Source: a virus (lineage: Duplodnaviria > Caudoviricetes). From it: a stretch of 64,000 nucleotides of DNA. Below are positions 44,718 to 55,907 of this stretch, in pieces. The stretch is taken from positions 32,001 to 96,000 of IMG/VR virus record IMGVR_UViG_3300021387_000199. The stretch is one strand, 5' to 3'. The notes under the pieces were generated by a model, which worked only from the letters and a program-made list of their open reading frames with translations, was not told the origin of the DNA and searched no databases. Made by a program: the position numbers and the translations under genes. Positions within the stretch are counted from its first letter, which is position 1; each line of letters begins with the position of its first letter.

Positions 44718-45735
44718 AAAAGCTTCAAGGTTTAAATTGTCAGAAGAAGATATACGAGAAATTCTTAAAGAAGTTCCTGAAGCAACGGAAAAAGATTTTG
44801 AAGAGTTCCTTGACGAAATGGAAAAGGAATCCCGTGACAATGAAGGACAGGATGTAATTCAGAAACGGGATGTAGTTATTACGGATTTTACAAAAGGGGA
44901 TTCCCTTCCGGCAGAGCCCCCTCAAGAAGGCGATGTTCATATTTATGAAGACAGTTACCGGGCTGTATACCATAATGGAAGATGGGTAAGAGAAACACTA
45001 ATCAAAGAGTTGCAAGAAGCAATGAACGGGACGTTTTGGACTCTGTCTACCGATGGCTACCCACTGGTACTGTATTACAATTGCCAATATACTGTAGAGA
45101 TTCCTCTTTATTGTGACACTGTTGACACTTGTTTTTATGAGGTGGTTAGTTTTATAAAGAAATTCGATTATAGAACTGAAGCCTGGAAATATGCTAGTGT
45201 GGATGAGACAGGATTCTTAACATCTGAAAGGCCAATCGATGATCCTAAAGTAGATTTGCGTGAAATCTGGATTCAAGCAATTGAACTGGCTCAGAACATG
45301 AGAAAAATTATTAATAAAAAGAAAGGGGAATCATCGGTTGCGAGCTTCGAAGACCTGCAGGAGGTAAGCCGTTGGACCAATGGGTGGTACGTTTATTCTG
45401 TTAAAGCGTTTACAGATAGAGTGTTTATTATTGGTTACTCAGAAAATGGGAAAACACTTTTAAATGTGCCTGTTTATGGTGGAAGCGTATACGATTGTTG
45501 TTATGATATATACAGTTACTTCAAAGATTTTGATATGAATAAAGAAGCGAAAGGGTATAGGGATGATCACGAGGATCGGATTAAAAAGTATGAAGATTTT
45601 TTGGTAGATGATGATTATGAAAAATACTGGAATATAACCGAGAAGCTTTACAAAGAGCTAGAAAAGCTGTGCAACGTATTGCCGCTCATAATTACAGAAA
45701 CATTAGACGATGAAATTTTGAACGAACAAGAATAA
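44695..45735 (+). CDS. Hypothetical protein with an internal duplicated domain
   Basis: Similar segments IPLYCDTVDTCFYEV..F.K.FD and VPVYGGSVYDCCYDI..YFKDFD. Confidence 0.65.
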   Translation: MVSGTLIRKASRFKLSEEDIREILKEVPEATEKDFEEFLDEMEKESRDNEGQDVIQKRDVVITDFTKGDSLPAEPPQEGDVHIYEDSYRAVYHNGRWVRETLIKELQEAMNGTFWTLSTDGYPLVLYYNCQYTVEIPLYCDTVDTCFYEVVSFIKKFDYRTEAWKYASVDETGFLTSERPIDDPKVDLREIWIQAIELAQNMRKIINKKKGESSVASFEDLQEVSRWTNGWYVYSVKAFTDRVFIIGYSENGKTLLNVPVYGGSVYDCCYDIYSYFKDFDMNKEAKGYRDDHEDRIKKYEDFLVDDDYEKYWNITEKLYKELEKLCNVLPLIITETLDDEILNEQE

Positions 45736-45757
45736 CAATCCGGGAGGGGGTCTGAAT

Positions 45758-46159
45758 ATGGCTAGAAGAAGAAAACTGAGTCCTATTGTTTATGAAGCGG
45801 CAAGAATTTGTCGAGAGGATCATGCAAAGCTGCTAAGAACTCTCGCGAAAGAAGGAAAAACGTTTGAAGGATTCATAAATGAGATTAAGGAACAGTCTGA
45901 CAAAACAAGAGTAAAACGTGAAGCAGAAATGGAACAGGTACGGATAAGAAGTGCGGCCCAGGCCAAAAAGATCATCGAGGAAGGCAATTATGAAAAGGCT
46001 ATTAGGCTTATGGATGAATTAATAGTTGACGATCTGAATAAGAAGATGCCCACCGATCGTACAGATGAAGAATTCTTAGGAAAATATCTGGAAGAACATT
46101 ATACGTGGTATCAAAAGGAATTCGATATCAATAGAAAAAGGAGGTATGTATATGGCTGA
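45758..46159 (+). CDS. Hypothetical protein
   Basis: 133-aa ORF with SD. Confidence 0.65.
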   Translation: MARRRKLSPIVYEAARICREDHAKLLRTLAKEGKTFEGFINEIKEQSDKTRVKREAEMEQVRIRSAAQAKKIIEEGNYEKAIRLMDELIVDDLNKKMPTDRTDEEFLGKYLEEHYTWYQKEFDINRKRRYVYG

Positions 46160-47120
46160 AGTTATCACCGGAAGAGGTGAAGCCCGGGAAGCTGTTGAAG
46201 AGAAGATTCAGAAAATGCTTGAAGGGCAGCCGGATTCTGTAGCCGGATTTTATGATTCGATTTATACATCTTCAAGTTTCAATACTCAGTACCGTTATGT
46301 TGAGTACGTGATCAATTTTCTGAAAGAAACCAAGAAACCACCCGAAGAAATAACGATGGATGATGTAAACAGATATCTCAATCGGTTGGCTCGTGGCGGA
46401 AACGGGAAACCAAAGAGATCCGGCTCGTATCTGGTGGCTATCTATTCAGGACTTAAAAAGTATTTTACGTATATGGTAAAATCCGGGCGCATAGAGAAGT
46501 CCCCAATGGAAAATGTGGAACGTCCTAAGCCAAAGCCGGCAGATCAGGTTGAGAGAACTTTTCTGAGCCCTCAGGAAGTAAATGATTGTCTGAAGAAAAT
46601 TAAGGAAGAGGGTGGATATTACGAGAAGCGAAATCTAGCTATGATGATTGTCTATTTTGCCACCGGGATCAGGAACTCGGCGTTGGTCAACATAAACGTA
46701 GATAACGTCAACATTGAAAAGGGTTTTATATATGTAGTGGATAAAGGAGACAAAGCCCGTAAGTGTTATTTGAGTAAGGCAAATATGAAAATCGTTGAGG
46801 AATGGATTAAGGAGAGAGAGACCAGGAATCCAAAATCTCAGGCTTTATTCATTAATAAGAGTGGTGAACGGATCACTAATAGAGGGGCTTTGTACGTAGT
46901 ACAGTCAGTTACAGGAAAGATTGGACACATGATTACCCCTCATAAGGCAAGAGCCAGCTTTTGCACCAACACTTATAATGCCGGGGTGCCGTTGGATGTT
47001 GTATCTAAGCTGATGAATCATGCATCGACGACTGTAACTTCAAGGTGTTACGTTCTTGGACAGGAAGAGAAAGAAAAAAATAGTGTATTAAAGGCCACAG
47101 AATACATTAAGATCTTATAA
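46152..47120 (+). CDS. Tyrosine recombinase/integrase
   Basis: TGIRNSAL (R), DKGDK (K), PHKAR (HxxR), MNHAS (H), RCY (Y); N-terminal SAM-like domain. Confidence 0.92.
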   Translation: MAEVITGRGEAREAVEEKIQKMLEGQPDSVAGFYDSIYTSSSFNTQYRYVEYVINFLKETKKPPEEITMDDVNRYLNRLARGGNGKPKRSGSYLVAIYSGLKKYFTYMVKSGRIEKSPMENVERPKPKPADQVERTFLSPQEVNDCLKKIKEEGGYYEKRNLAMMIVYFATGIRNSALVNINVDNVNIEKGFIYVVDKGDKARKCYLSKANMKIVEEWIKERETRNPKSQALFINKSGERITNRGALYVVQSVTGKIGHMITPHKARASFCTNTYNAGVPLDVVSKLMNHASTTVTSRCYVLGQEEKEKNSVLKATEYIKIL

Positions 47121-47243
47121 AGACCCGGAACGGAGATAATCCGCCGGGTCTCTTTTTTTGTCTTCAACTACCATATGTAGTATGAAAAGAAACCTCTAAT
47201 ACGCAACATATCCACAGCCAGAATTCACTTTTCCCCAAGTTAT

Positions 47244-47316
47244 GAACATATGTTCGATTTTTCTTGACCTCTGATTTCAGGGTGATATAATCGAAGGCGT
47301 AATCGAACAACAGTTC
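47244..47316 (+). promoter_or_regulatory. SigA promoter flanked by two LexA/DinR (Cheo) boxes
   Basis: GAAC-ATAT-GTTC 47244-47255; TTGACC 47264-47269; TGaTATAAT 47283-47291; GAAC-AACA-GTTC 47305-47316. Confidence 0.8.
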
Positions 47317-47666
47317 CTCTAACACGAAAGGAGACCGCTACTATTAAGATTAATAACAACTCGCCATAATACACCGACCGTCTATAAGGTCGACGTCTAC
47401 GACACAAACCGCCAAGCCTGTTCCGTAGACGCCGGGACTAAGGGACAATAATGAATTGCTGCCCCTCTGGTCACATCATACCGCAAATCGCGGGATTTTT
47501 CCAGAGGTTACCTGTAACCAATAATTCTGATCGAACAGGTCAGGGTTTATTTACTCTACCCTTTTCGCTCTCAGGAAGGAGGGACCAGAGCGGGGAAGGC
47601 TTCGGGTTTAATTCGAAACCATTTTTAGAATAACAGCCTATCTACAGATATAGGCGGAAGGATGGT

Positions 47667-49844
47667 ATGTGTTTTATGACGTCAGAAGAAAAGAAAGTTG
47701 AACTTGAACGTATTACTAACGAGTATTTCAAGAACGGGGGCGCGAAGATCAGCCGGATGTCTGACTCAGTCCTGAAGAAGATCGGATTTGTGGCTAATGA
47801 TCCGGACGAGTTTTACTCATTAGCCGGAGAAGTATTCCTTCAGGCGCTCGACAAGTGGGACGGGGAAAGGAAATTCGACAGCCTTCTCTATGCCTGTTTG
47901 TCGAAGAGATTCAAGAGTTTCCTGACGAAGGAAAACGCCCAGAAGAGAGGAGGAGTCGATAAACCGGTTGTGTCTCTCTATCAGGAGCTCGGCGAAGATC
48001 TGACCCTGGAAGATACAATTGGGGAAGAACAGGTCATCGACCGGCTGAGCCCTGAGATGATCGACTACGTCAAGTCTTTGAATTCAACTCAGAAGAAAAT
48101 TCTTCTGTACTTGACCGAAGGATACGAACCTCGCGAGATCCAGAAAAAGCTGGGTATCACATCGAAGGTTTACAACCGTGAACTCCGCGATGCAAAGGTT
48201 TACGAAAAGATCAGGGTGTTAGGACAGTCTGAAAACGCTGCAAAAGTTACGAAGAAACCAGAAGTAATTAATAAGGGAGGAAAAACTGTGGCTATGTCTA
48301 ACGGAAGGAACGAAATGACCGCTGGCACGACAACCGTCGCTACTCTTATGCAGGAAGTGAAGTGTGGGACTTTAAGAGACGACAACCCGCTTCAGAGGGC
48401 GACGGACAACTGGAATACGGAAATGAAAGGTAACCTGATCGTGACGGCTCTGAATGGTTTCGGAATTCCTGGAATCGTAGTATGCCAGCGCAAGATCGGG
48501 GATACCTACGTGAAAGAGATTATTGACGGGCTCCAGAGATTCTCAACCTTTGCCGGCTATATCAGCAACGGTTACAGGATCTCTAAGAAGGTAGAGCGCC
48601 CGTTTATTACGTATAGCGTCTCTAAGGGAGTCGACGAGAGCGGCCTTCCTGTGTTCGAGACGAAGGAATTCGACGTTCGCGGAAAGAAGTACCAGGATCT
48701 TCCTGAGGAACTTCAGATTCGCCTCACCGGATACAACATCCACTGTGACACCTATCTTCAGTGTTCAAACGAAGATGTAGAGTACCACATCCGCCGGCTG
48801 AACTCCTCCCGGTCTATGAACCATTCTCAGAGAGGCCTGACTTTTGTCGGAACCACTCTGGCCATGGCGATCAAGAGGATCGGAAGAAAAGACTTCTTCC
48901 GCGACACCTATAAGACCACTGACTTCAAGAACGGAAATGTTCAGAGGCTTATATCTGAATCCGTTATGCTTATCAACTTCGAAGACGAGTGGATTCCTTC
49001 GCCGGAGAAGATCGGTTCTTTCCTCGGAGAGAACGCGAAGCCGGAACAGTTTGAGGACTTCGGCGAGCTGGTCGACCGCGTGGATGAGATTCTTGACGAT
49101 AATACCCGCAAACTCTTCAACATGAGAGATTCTTTCCTCTGGTTTCGGATCTTCAACGATTTCACCCGGCTCGGGATTGATGATGAGAAGTTTAACGACT
49201 TCCTCGTGGCTTTCGATTCCCTGAAGGAAACAGAGATTAACGGTGAAACCTTCTCTTCTCTGAATACGAAGAACACCAAGGCAGCTTCCGCGATCTTGAA
49301 GAAAATCGACTATATCGAAACTCTGATGTACAAGTTCTTCGGTGAAGAGAAAGAAGAAGAGATCGATCTTAAGTACGACGATGAGGTCGCGAGATACGTT
49401 GAAGAATTCTATGAGGCTGAGACCGAGATTCCGGTAGCCGAAAAGAACCGCGCCAAGGTTGCCATCAAGACCGCTTTCGCCCTGAAAGGTAAAGAAGATC
49501 TGTCGGATCGCTCTGTTCAGGAGTACCTTGACGACGGAGAACTTACCTTCCCGGATCTGGAAGACGGGTTCGCGTTCACTCAGGACTTCTGCGACGACTG
49601 GGCGATTAACGTTAATCAGAACTCTTCGATCCTGAAGGAAGACAAGCTGCCGGCCTTGGTTCGTCTGTATAAGTACGCTGTCGAATCGGAGGTAGATGAT
49701 TCCCGCGCTCAGAACTGGTTCATCAATTTCGCCGATCAGGAAGCGGTTAATAAGAGGTTAGTTGGGAATTACCAGAAGGATTTTGCCCTTCTGAGAAAGG
49801 AATTCGACAACTTCGCCGCCTATGAGAAGAACGGGATTGCTTAA
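47667..49844 (+). CDS. Sigma70-like (regions 2/4) domain fused to a DUF262 (ParB-like) domain
   Basis: KFDSLLYACL...NAQKRG and EGYEPREIQKKLGI HTH; PLQR..W and IIDGLQRFST DUF262 motifs. Confidence 0.75.
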   Translation: MCFMTSEEKKVELERITNEYFKNGGAKISRMSDSVLKKIGFVANDPDEFYSLAGEVFLQALDKWDGERKFDSLLYACLSKRFKSFLTKENAQKRGGVDKPVVSLYQELGEDLTLEDTIGEEQVIDRLSPEMIDYVKSLNSTQKKILLYLTEGYEPREIQKKLGITSKVYNRELRDAKVYEKIRVLGQSENAAKVTKKPEVINKGGKTVAMSNGRNEMTAGTTTVATLMQEVKCGTLRDDNPLQRATDNWNTEMKGNLIVTALNGFGIPGIVVCQRKIGDTYVKEIIDGLQRFSTFAGYISNGYRISKKVERPFITYSVSKGVDESGLPVFETKEFDVRGKKYQDLPEELQIRLTGYNIHCDTYLQCSNEDVEYHIRRLNSSRSMNHSQRGLTFVGTTLAMAIKRIGRKDFFRDTYKTTDFKNGNVQRLISESVMLINFEDEWIPSPEKIGSFLGENAKPEQFEDFGELVDRVDEILDDNTRKLFNMRDSFLWFRIFNDFTRLGIDDEKFNDFLVAFDSLKETEINGETFSSLNTKNTKAASAILKKIDYIETLMYKFFGEEKEEEIDLKYDDEVARYVEEFYEAETEIPVAEKNRAKVAIKTAFALKGKEDLSDRSVQEYLDDGELTFPDLEDGFAFTQDFCDDWAINVNQNSSILKEDKLPALVRLYKYAVESEVDDSRAQNWFINFADQEAVNKRLVGNYQKDFALLRKEFDNFAAYEKNGIA

Positions 49845-49978
49845 GAAACGATATACAGGGCTTGCTTCAGCCGGAGTAAGCCCTCCGGAAGAGGAGAATA
49901 TTCCCAAGAGTTGAAGGCTGAGACTGAGGGCTTAGAAACGGAAACTTCTGAGAAATAACAGTAGAGAGGAGGAAATCC

Positions 49979-51623
49979 GTGAAGAGAAGAAAAAGAGATA
50001 AGGTAGCCGCTTGGATAATCGGGGTCGTGGCTCTGGTGGGAACCATTTTAGGTGAGATCGCAATCGTCAGATACGCGGTCATTATGCCGTTTAAGATGTT
50101 GATTCAGGCTCCGACTGTCGGGGTAGAAAGGCTTGCGGATGTTGCGCTGGGATTTCTGGTGATAATAGTCGGGGGCTCATTGTTCATCGGATTGCTGATG
50201 ATATTGATTCTTATTCTGACGATCATTTTAGACTACTTATAAGGAGGATTACGTATGGCTAAGCCAAACAAGAATAGAAAGAGACTGTATGACACTTACA
50301 AGTCTCAGGGAAGAAGAGAGAAGAATAAGGCGAAGAAGGCCGCGAAGCTTGAGAAGAAGCTGGCCAGGTTTGCCGTCCGGAGAGAAGATCCTGAATATCA
50401 GAAGGCCCGGGCAGAGCGTAAAGCTGCAAAGGATCCGAGAGACGTTCCGAAGCCGACGGTAAAAGCCGAGAAGATCGGCGGTTGGGATTCAATAATGGGT
50501 AAGATCCGGTACCAACAGGAAAAGGAAGATAGGGAATTCAAGAAGCTCAGCTCAAAGCTGACAGGGAAGAAGAGATCATAAGGAGGATCTGCTATGTTTG
50601 GAATATTAGATAGAGAAGAGATGAAGATACTGGACGAAGGACTGAAAAGAGGCGGAGAGTTCGAGCTCCACGGACATCGTTTTAAAAACGACGCAAATGG
50701 AGAACTTTTCGTTTGGGAAAATGACGGTTGGGTTACGATCCGGGAAGCTATAAGCAATGTCAAGAGAGAGCTTCTCAAGATGGTTCGCGATGATTTCACG
50801 AAGATTTTCTCTGATAGCGAAGAGACTGAAAAGAATAAGCGTGATGAATCTGAAGAGAATAAGTGTGAAGAGCGTTCTTTCAGAGAAGAGTGTGACGCGG
50901 AATCCGGCGAAGAGGAACTCGACGAGGTGATCGAAGAGATGTTTAAGGACATCGTAAGGGTCACAGACGTGTCAGTTGATGACTACAACGTAACCTGTAC
51001 CTTTAAGGGTGGTCAGAAATTTACGGCGTTTTGCCATCCGAAAGATAGAGGAGTTTACTCTCTCGACACCGGTATCATGGTCTGTCTGCTCAAGAGACTC
51101 GCGGGCGGGACAAGGCAGCTGAACGAGGCTCTCAATCAGGCTCTTGGCGTTTACGAAGAGAAGCAGAAGAAGATTGAAGAAGAGAAGAAACGTCTCGAAG
51201 AAGAGAAGAAGAAGACGGAAAGAAAAGGAAAAAAGGTCTGGGATCTGTCGTTTTCTCCGGCTGGATCTATTACTCTTCAGTTCAATGGCTTTGAAGACGT
51301 GAATATTACTGATCTGATGACAAGTATATCAAATTTGATTAAGGAGTTCCGTGAGTAAGCTCGCCAAGGCCGGCGAGATGATGGATAGCGGAGACCCATG
51401 GGAGAATCTGGCTAATGCCATAATTCTTCAAGCTGCCGATGATTATCTTGCCAGCCCTGAGAAACGGAAAAGAGAGTACGTTCATTTAGATGAAGTAATT
51501 CAGTTCTTTTATAGCGACTGGTTTGGAGTTCTTACCACAGCAAATCCGAACTACATTCTGGAGAAGCTCGATCAAGAGAAAAGGTCGAAGGCTTCGCGAT
51601 CCCCTAAATTGAGAAATACATAA
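49979..51623 (+). other. Four hypothetical genes: 49979..50242 (2 TM), 50255..50581 (basic), 50594..51358, 51351..51623
   Basis: SD-preceded ORFs; the last has a conserved-looking ENLANAIILQAADDY segment. Confidence 0.65.
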
Positions 51624-51794
51624 TAGACAACAATAGAGAGAACGGTTTCTATTGGTTTGTTTTACAGTTACCTCCCGTTTATTTCGTATTACAGCTAACT
51701 ACGTTCTCTCTATTTTTTATATATATCTTACTCAATAATCGCCGATGGGCGTTCATATAGGAACTGAAGAAATAAGAAGAAAGGAAAGAGATAT

Positions 51795-52721
51795 ATGGCA
51801 TTTGTAAAAGCTAAAAGAGCTAAGGTCTGGGTAAAGGTTCAGTTTGTAGGAACCTCAGGATCCGGCAAGACAACTTCGGCATTACTTATTGCGGACGGTT
51901 TGGCAAAGAAAATGAATTCTGGAATCGCGTTTATCTCGACAGAGAAGTCGCGCACTATGTATAACGCTGACAAGTTTGATTACGACGTGGAAGAGCTGAC
52001 GGATTATTCCCCGGAGAGTTATATCAAGGCAATCGATGAAGCAATCGACGCCGGGTATAAGGTTATTATCATTGATTCTACCAGCCATGGTTGGCAGTGG
52101 CTCAATGACACCCATTCAAAGATGCCCGGAAATAGCTTTCAGAACTGGGGAAAGTTGAAGCCCCGCTGGGCGGCTTTTATGCGGAAGATACTTGAATGTC
52201 CGGCTCATGTCATTACTTGTGCAAGAGGCAAGACTGAGTGGACAATGGAAGAGAAAAACGGAAAACAGACGCCCGTTAAGGTTGGCCTTGGTAGCGAAGG
52301 CGACAAGCAGTCTGACTTCGAATATACCGTGAGTTTCATGCTTTCTCAGGGAACCCACATTGCTTCAGTGAATGAGGGCGGGAAGGACAACACAGGATTA
52401 TTTGAAGGTAAGTATGAAGTGATTACCCGTAAACACGGTGAAATGCTTTATGACTGGGCAAATTCCGGGGACGCTGCTCCTGTTGCTTATAAGGATCCCA
52501 TGGCTCAGGATATTTCTGAGGTTGGAAAGGCAGAACTCGATCTCGCAGACATTAAGAAAGAAATCGTGAGTTTGTGTGTAGCTCTCGGCGGACAAAAGAA
52601 TGAGGCTCTCATGACTGAGCTGAAGAAGGTTGTTTCAAACGGAAATCCGAACTCTATCCGCTCCGTCGATAAAGCGAAGGGACTTCTTGAGACCCTGAAA
52701 AAGATGAAGGAGAACGGCTAA
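51795..52721 (+). CDS. AAA_24/Sak4-like ssDNA annealing ATPase
   Basis: GTSGSGKT and IIIDSTSH motifs; adjacent to ssb. Confidence 0.8.
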   Translation: MAFVKAKRAKVWVKVQFVGTSGSGKTTSALLIADGLAKKMNSGIAFISTEKSRTMYNADKFDYDVEELTDYSPESYIKAIDEAIDAGYKVIIIDSTSHGWQWLNDTHSKMPGNSFQNWGKLKPRWAAFMRKILECPAHVITCARGKTEWTMEEKNGKQTPVKVGLGSEGDKQSDFEYTVSFMLSQGTHIASVNEGGKDNTGLFEGKYEVITRKHGEMLYDWANSGDAAPVAYKDPMAQDISEVGKAELDLADIKKEIVSLCVALGGQKNEALMTELKKVVSNGNPNSIRSVDKAKGLLETLKKMKENG

Positions 52722-52775
52722 ATACCAGCCGAAAACATATATTTTTAGCAGTACGGCTAAGGAAAAGGAGAACGT

Positions 52776-53207
52776 ATGAATAAATGGATTGGAATGGGTC
52801 GCCTGACTCGCGATCCGGAAGTGAGAACTTCGGCGGTGGGTGACAATACAATCTGCCGATTCAGCCTTGCGGTAGACAGGCCGTGGGCTCGTGACAGAGA
52901 GAATCAGCAGACCGCAGATTTTATCAACTGTATCTGTTTCGGCAAGACTGCCGAGTTTATAGAGAAGTGGTTCCACAAGGGTGACCCGATCATGATTGAG
53001 GGCAGAATCCAGACTGGATCTTATACGAATAAGGACGGTGTCAAGGTTTATACGACGGACATCGTGGTTGACAGAACGGAATTCGTCCCGAAGAACAACG
53101 GAACAGGTGAGACTGCTCAGGGGCAGAGAGATGTTTCCGAGCAGCGGCGCAAGGATGACTTCATCGGAATCCCGGACGGGGTAGATGATGAGCTTCCGTT
53201 CAGTTGA
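52776..53207 (+). CDS. ssb: Single-stranded DNA-binding protein
   Basis: GRLTRDPE, EGRIQTGSY, acidic DDELPF tail. Confidence 0.95.
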   Translation: MNKWIGMGRLTRDPEVRTSAVGDNTICRFSLAVDRPWARDRENQQTADFINCICFGKTAEFIEKWFHKGDPIMIEGRIQTGSYTNKDGVKVYTTDIVVDRTEFVPKNNGTGETAQGQRDVSEQRRKDDFIGIPDGVDDELPFS

Positions 53208-53286
53208 AAATCGGAATATATAACTGAAGGCAGGAGAGGATGAAACATTCCTCTCTTTTTTAAACCCTAACCAGGAAGGAGAACAC

Positions 53287-54024
53287 ATGAGATACGCAAG
53301 CGGAAAAACAAGATCGGCCAGGGCGATTGCTCAGGCAATTTGGACCGATATTGACAGACGGGGGGGTGATTTTTCCTCATTTGTCAGTCTATTTTGCGGC
53401 GGGCTATCAGTATAGACGAAGTTGGCTCCGCTGTTTAACAAGGTGATTCTAAATGATAAACAGGAATATTTGATCGAATTATACAAGGCATTGCAGAACG
53501 GCTGGCTGCCGCCGGAATCTTTGTCGGAAGAAGAATACCGACACATCAGAGACCATAAAGATGAGGATAAGCCCCTGACGGCCTTTGCCGGGTTTGGCTG
53601 TTCATTTGGCGGGAAGTGGTTTGGCGGATATGGTCGTCACGGTGTTAAAGATAACCACGCCGTTGAAAGAAGTATGTGTAAAGAATCAGGCCGGGCTCTT
53701 ATGAGAGATCTGGAAATTTTGAAGAAAGCAGAATTTATGTGTCTGGACTATAGAGACATAGAAATCCCGAAAGGCAGCGTGATTTACGCCGACCCGCCAT
53801 ACAGGAATAAGATGGCGGCTTACGGCCTTCAGGATCAGTTTGATACTGATTGCTTCTGGGAATGGTGTCGCAAAAAGAGCCGCGACAATCTGATCTACAT
53901 ATCTGAGCTTGAAGCGCCTGAAGATTTTGAAGTTATCTGGGAGAAACCGGTGTTAAGGCAACTTGCCAATTGCAACGCTGAGAATTTTATAGCGAAAGAG
54001 AAACTATTTAAACACAGAGATTAA
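53287..54024 (+). CDS. dam: D12-class (Dam-like) DNA adenine methyltransferase, 1 in-frame TAG (53413-53415)
   Basis: ATG 53287 after GGAG; YASGK, LFCGG (motif I) and YADPPY (motif IV) in one frame. Confidence 0.82.
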
Positions 54025-54040
54025 CGAAAGGGGGATTCAT

Positions 54041-54532
54041 ATGGCTAAGACAGATGAATGTACGTGTAGGTATAAACACTGTTTTCATGAGGATAAGAAA
54101 CTCCTGAAGAGTGAAGCTGTCAAGGTGGGGACTCAGTATTACCACCCGGATTGTTATGAAGCGAAGAACCAGATTGAGGGAATAGTAGATTACTTTAGCA
54201 AGAATCTCAACCCGGACGTCGTGTATCCGGTTCTGATGAGGACGATAGATAACATTGTGTTCCCGAAGGATAAGAAAGGGATTTCGCCGGAACGTCTACT
54301 GTTTCAGGTCAAGTACTACTGTACCCACGGTCACAGAATCCAGTACCCTGGCGGGCTATACTACGCGGTTCAGGATCGTGATTCGTACAACGCTTATCTG
54401 AAATATAAGGCAAACCAGAGAGAGAAAGAGCAGAACAATTACGAGATTGCCGGTGAGGAAGATCTGACGAGAAGTCAGGTGAAGCGGGTAAGGCCCCAGA
54501 AGGGATTTCAGGACATCTTGATACCGGCATAG
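54041..54532 (+). CDS. Cys/His-rich protein upstream of the helicase; ends in TAG
   Basis: CRYKHC and YHPDC motifs. Confidence 0.7.
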   Translation: MAKTDECTCRYKHCFHEDKKLLKSEAVKVGTQYYHPDCYEAKNQIEGIVDYFSKNLNPDVVYPVLMRTIDNIVFPKDKKGISPERLLFQVKYYCTHGHRIQYPGGLYYAVQDRDSYNAYLKYKANQREKEQNNYEIAGEEDLTRSQVKRVRPQKGFQDILIPA

Positions 54533-54539
54533 GAGGTAG

Positions 54540-55901
54540 ATGATCGTGGCTGATTTAAGCATTTTGAACGACGCCGGGGCAGAAGGATCGGCAATAGCGA
54601 CTTTAATATATCATCCAGAGTTTATCCTCCATACCGATTATCTGAAGGCCCGCTATTTCTACAACGTGGAGAACGGCTGTATCTATTGGGCTATTCAGGA
54701 ACTCTACAAAGCTGGCATCGATCGAATCGACGCTATCAACCTGACGAATATGCTCAACTCAAACCGGGCTGTTAAACGGAAGATTGAAGAGTACAACATG
54801 TCAGATATGCAAGAGTTCATCTCGATGGCTCAGTACGCGGCGAGACATACCTTGGAAGAGTATAAGCTTCTCGCCAATACGATCATCGAGATGTCCTTCA
54901 AAAGGGAGCTGACTAAAGCCTGTATCAAAATTCAGCAGAGCTGCCTTAATTCTGATCAGGGACTCAGGGATCTCAACACTTTAGTCAACAAGGAAATATC
55001 TAACCTTCTGGAAGAGTATTTAACCACCGGCGAGATCGAGATGTTCGGTAATAAGATCGATCAGATAGATGAAGAAATAGATGAGAACGTAAACGACGAT
55101 GGCACGTCCGGTCTGAGATCGAAGATCAGCCTATTCAATCACTATTTCACCTATGAAAAAGGCGAGGTGGTTCTGATCAAAGCGAAGAAGAAGGACGGTA
55201 AGTCGGCGATGTGTCTGAATGAGGCCGTGGATAAGTTGAAGCTCGGCGTTCCAACTGTCTACTTCGATACTGAGATGGCGGACAAGCTGTTCTACATGAG
55301 ACTGATGGCTAACCTGACAGGTTTTGACTTTCAGGAAATCAAGACCAGAAGTTTTCAGTCATCGCCTGAAAAGGTAGATATCTACAATCGTTGTAAAGAG
55401 TGGCTGAAGAAACAGCCTTTCGTACATCTCTATCTCCCGTCTCCGTCTAAGGAAGAGATTTTCGCCACCTGTAAGATCCTGAAGTACAAGATGAACCTTC
55501 AGTTTGTTGTCTACGACTATATCAAGATGGATGAGCCGGATACGGGGCGGAACTATAACCTTCTCGGTGATCTCACAAATTTCCTGAAGAACACGATCTC
55601 AGGTGAACTGGATCTGTCGACTCTTGCAGCGGCTCAGCTGAACAGAAATGGCGATACCGCTGATTCTGACAAGATTGAGCGCTATATCTCCACTTCGGTT
55701 CTCTGGAGACCGAAGACCGCTGAAGAGATTGATCGGGATGGCCCTGAGTGTGGCAACTACGCCGCCTGTATAGATGTCAATAGAAATGGTGAACGGATGG
55801 ATCCTGAAACAGAATACATAGATGTTCAGTTCTCAGGTAACCAGATGAGGATCGCCCAAGCAAGGCAGCAACATGTGGCCAAAGATCCGTTTGAGGGGTG
55901 A
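54540..55901 (+). CDS. dnaB: Replicative DnaB-like helicase
   Basis: DGKS, YFDTEM, VYDYIK, AAQLNR and ADSDKI motifs. Confidence 0.9.
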   Translation: MIVADLSILNDAGAEGSAIATLIYHPEFILHTDYLKARYFYNVENGCIYWAIQELYKAGIDRIDAINLTNMLNSNRAVKRKIEEYNMSDMQEFISMAQYAARHTLEEYKLLANTIIEMSFKRELTKACIKIQQSCLNSDQGLRDLNTLVNKEISNLLEEYLTTGEIEMFGNKIDQIDEEIDENVNDDGTSGLRSKISLFNHYFTYEKGEVVLIKAKKKDGKSAMCLNEAVDKLKLGVPTVYFDTEMADKLFYMRLMANLTGFDFQEIKTRSFQSSPEKVDIYNRCKEWLKKQPFVHLYLPSPSKEEIFATCKILKYKMNLQFVVYDYIKMDEPDTGRNYNLLGDLTNFLKNTISGELDLSTLAAAQLNRNGDTADSDKIERYISTSVLWRPKTAEEIDRDGPECGNYAACIDVNRNGERMDPETEYIDVQFSGNQMRIAQARQQHVAKDPFEG

Positions 55902-55907
55902 TGAGCA

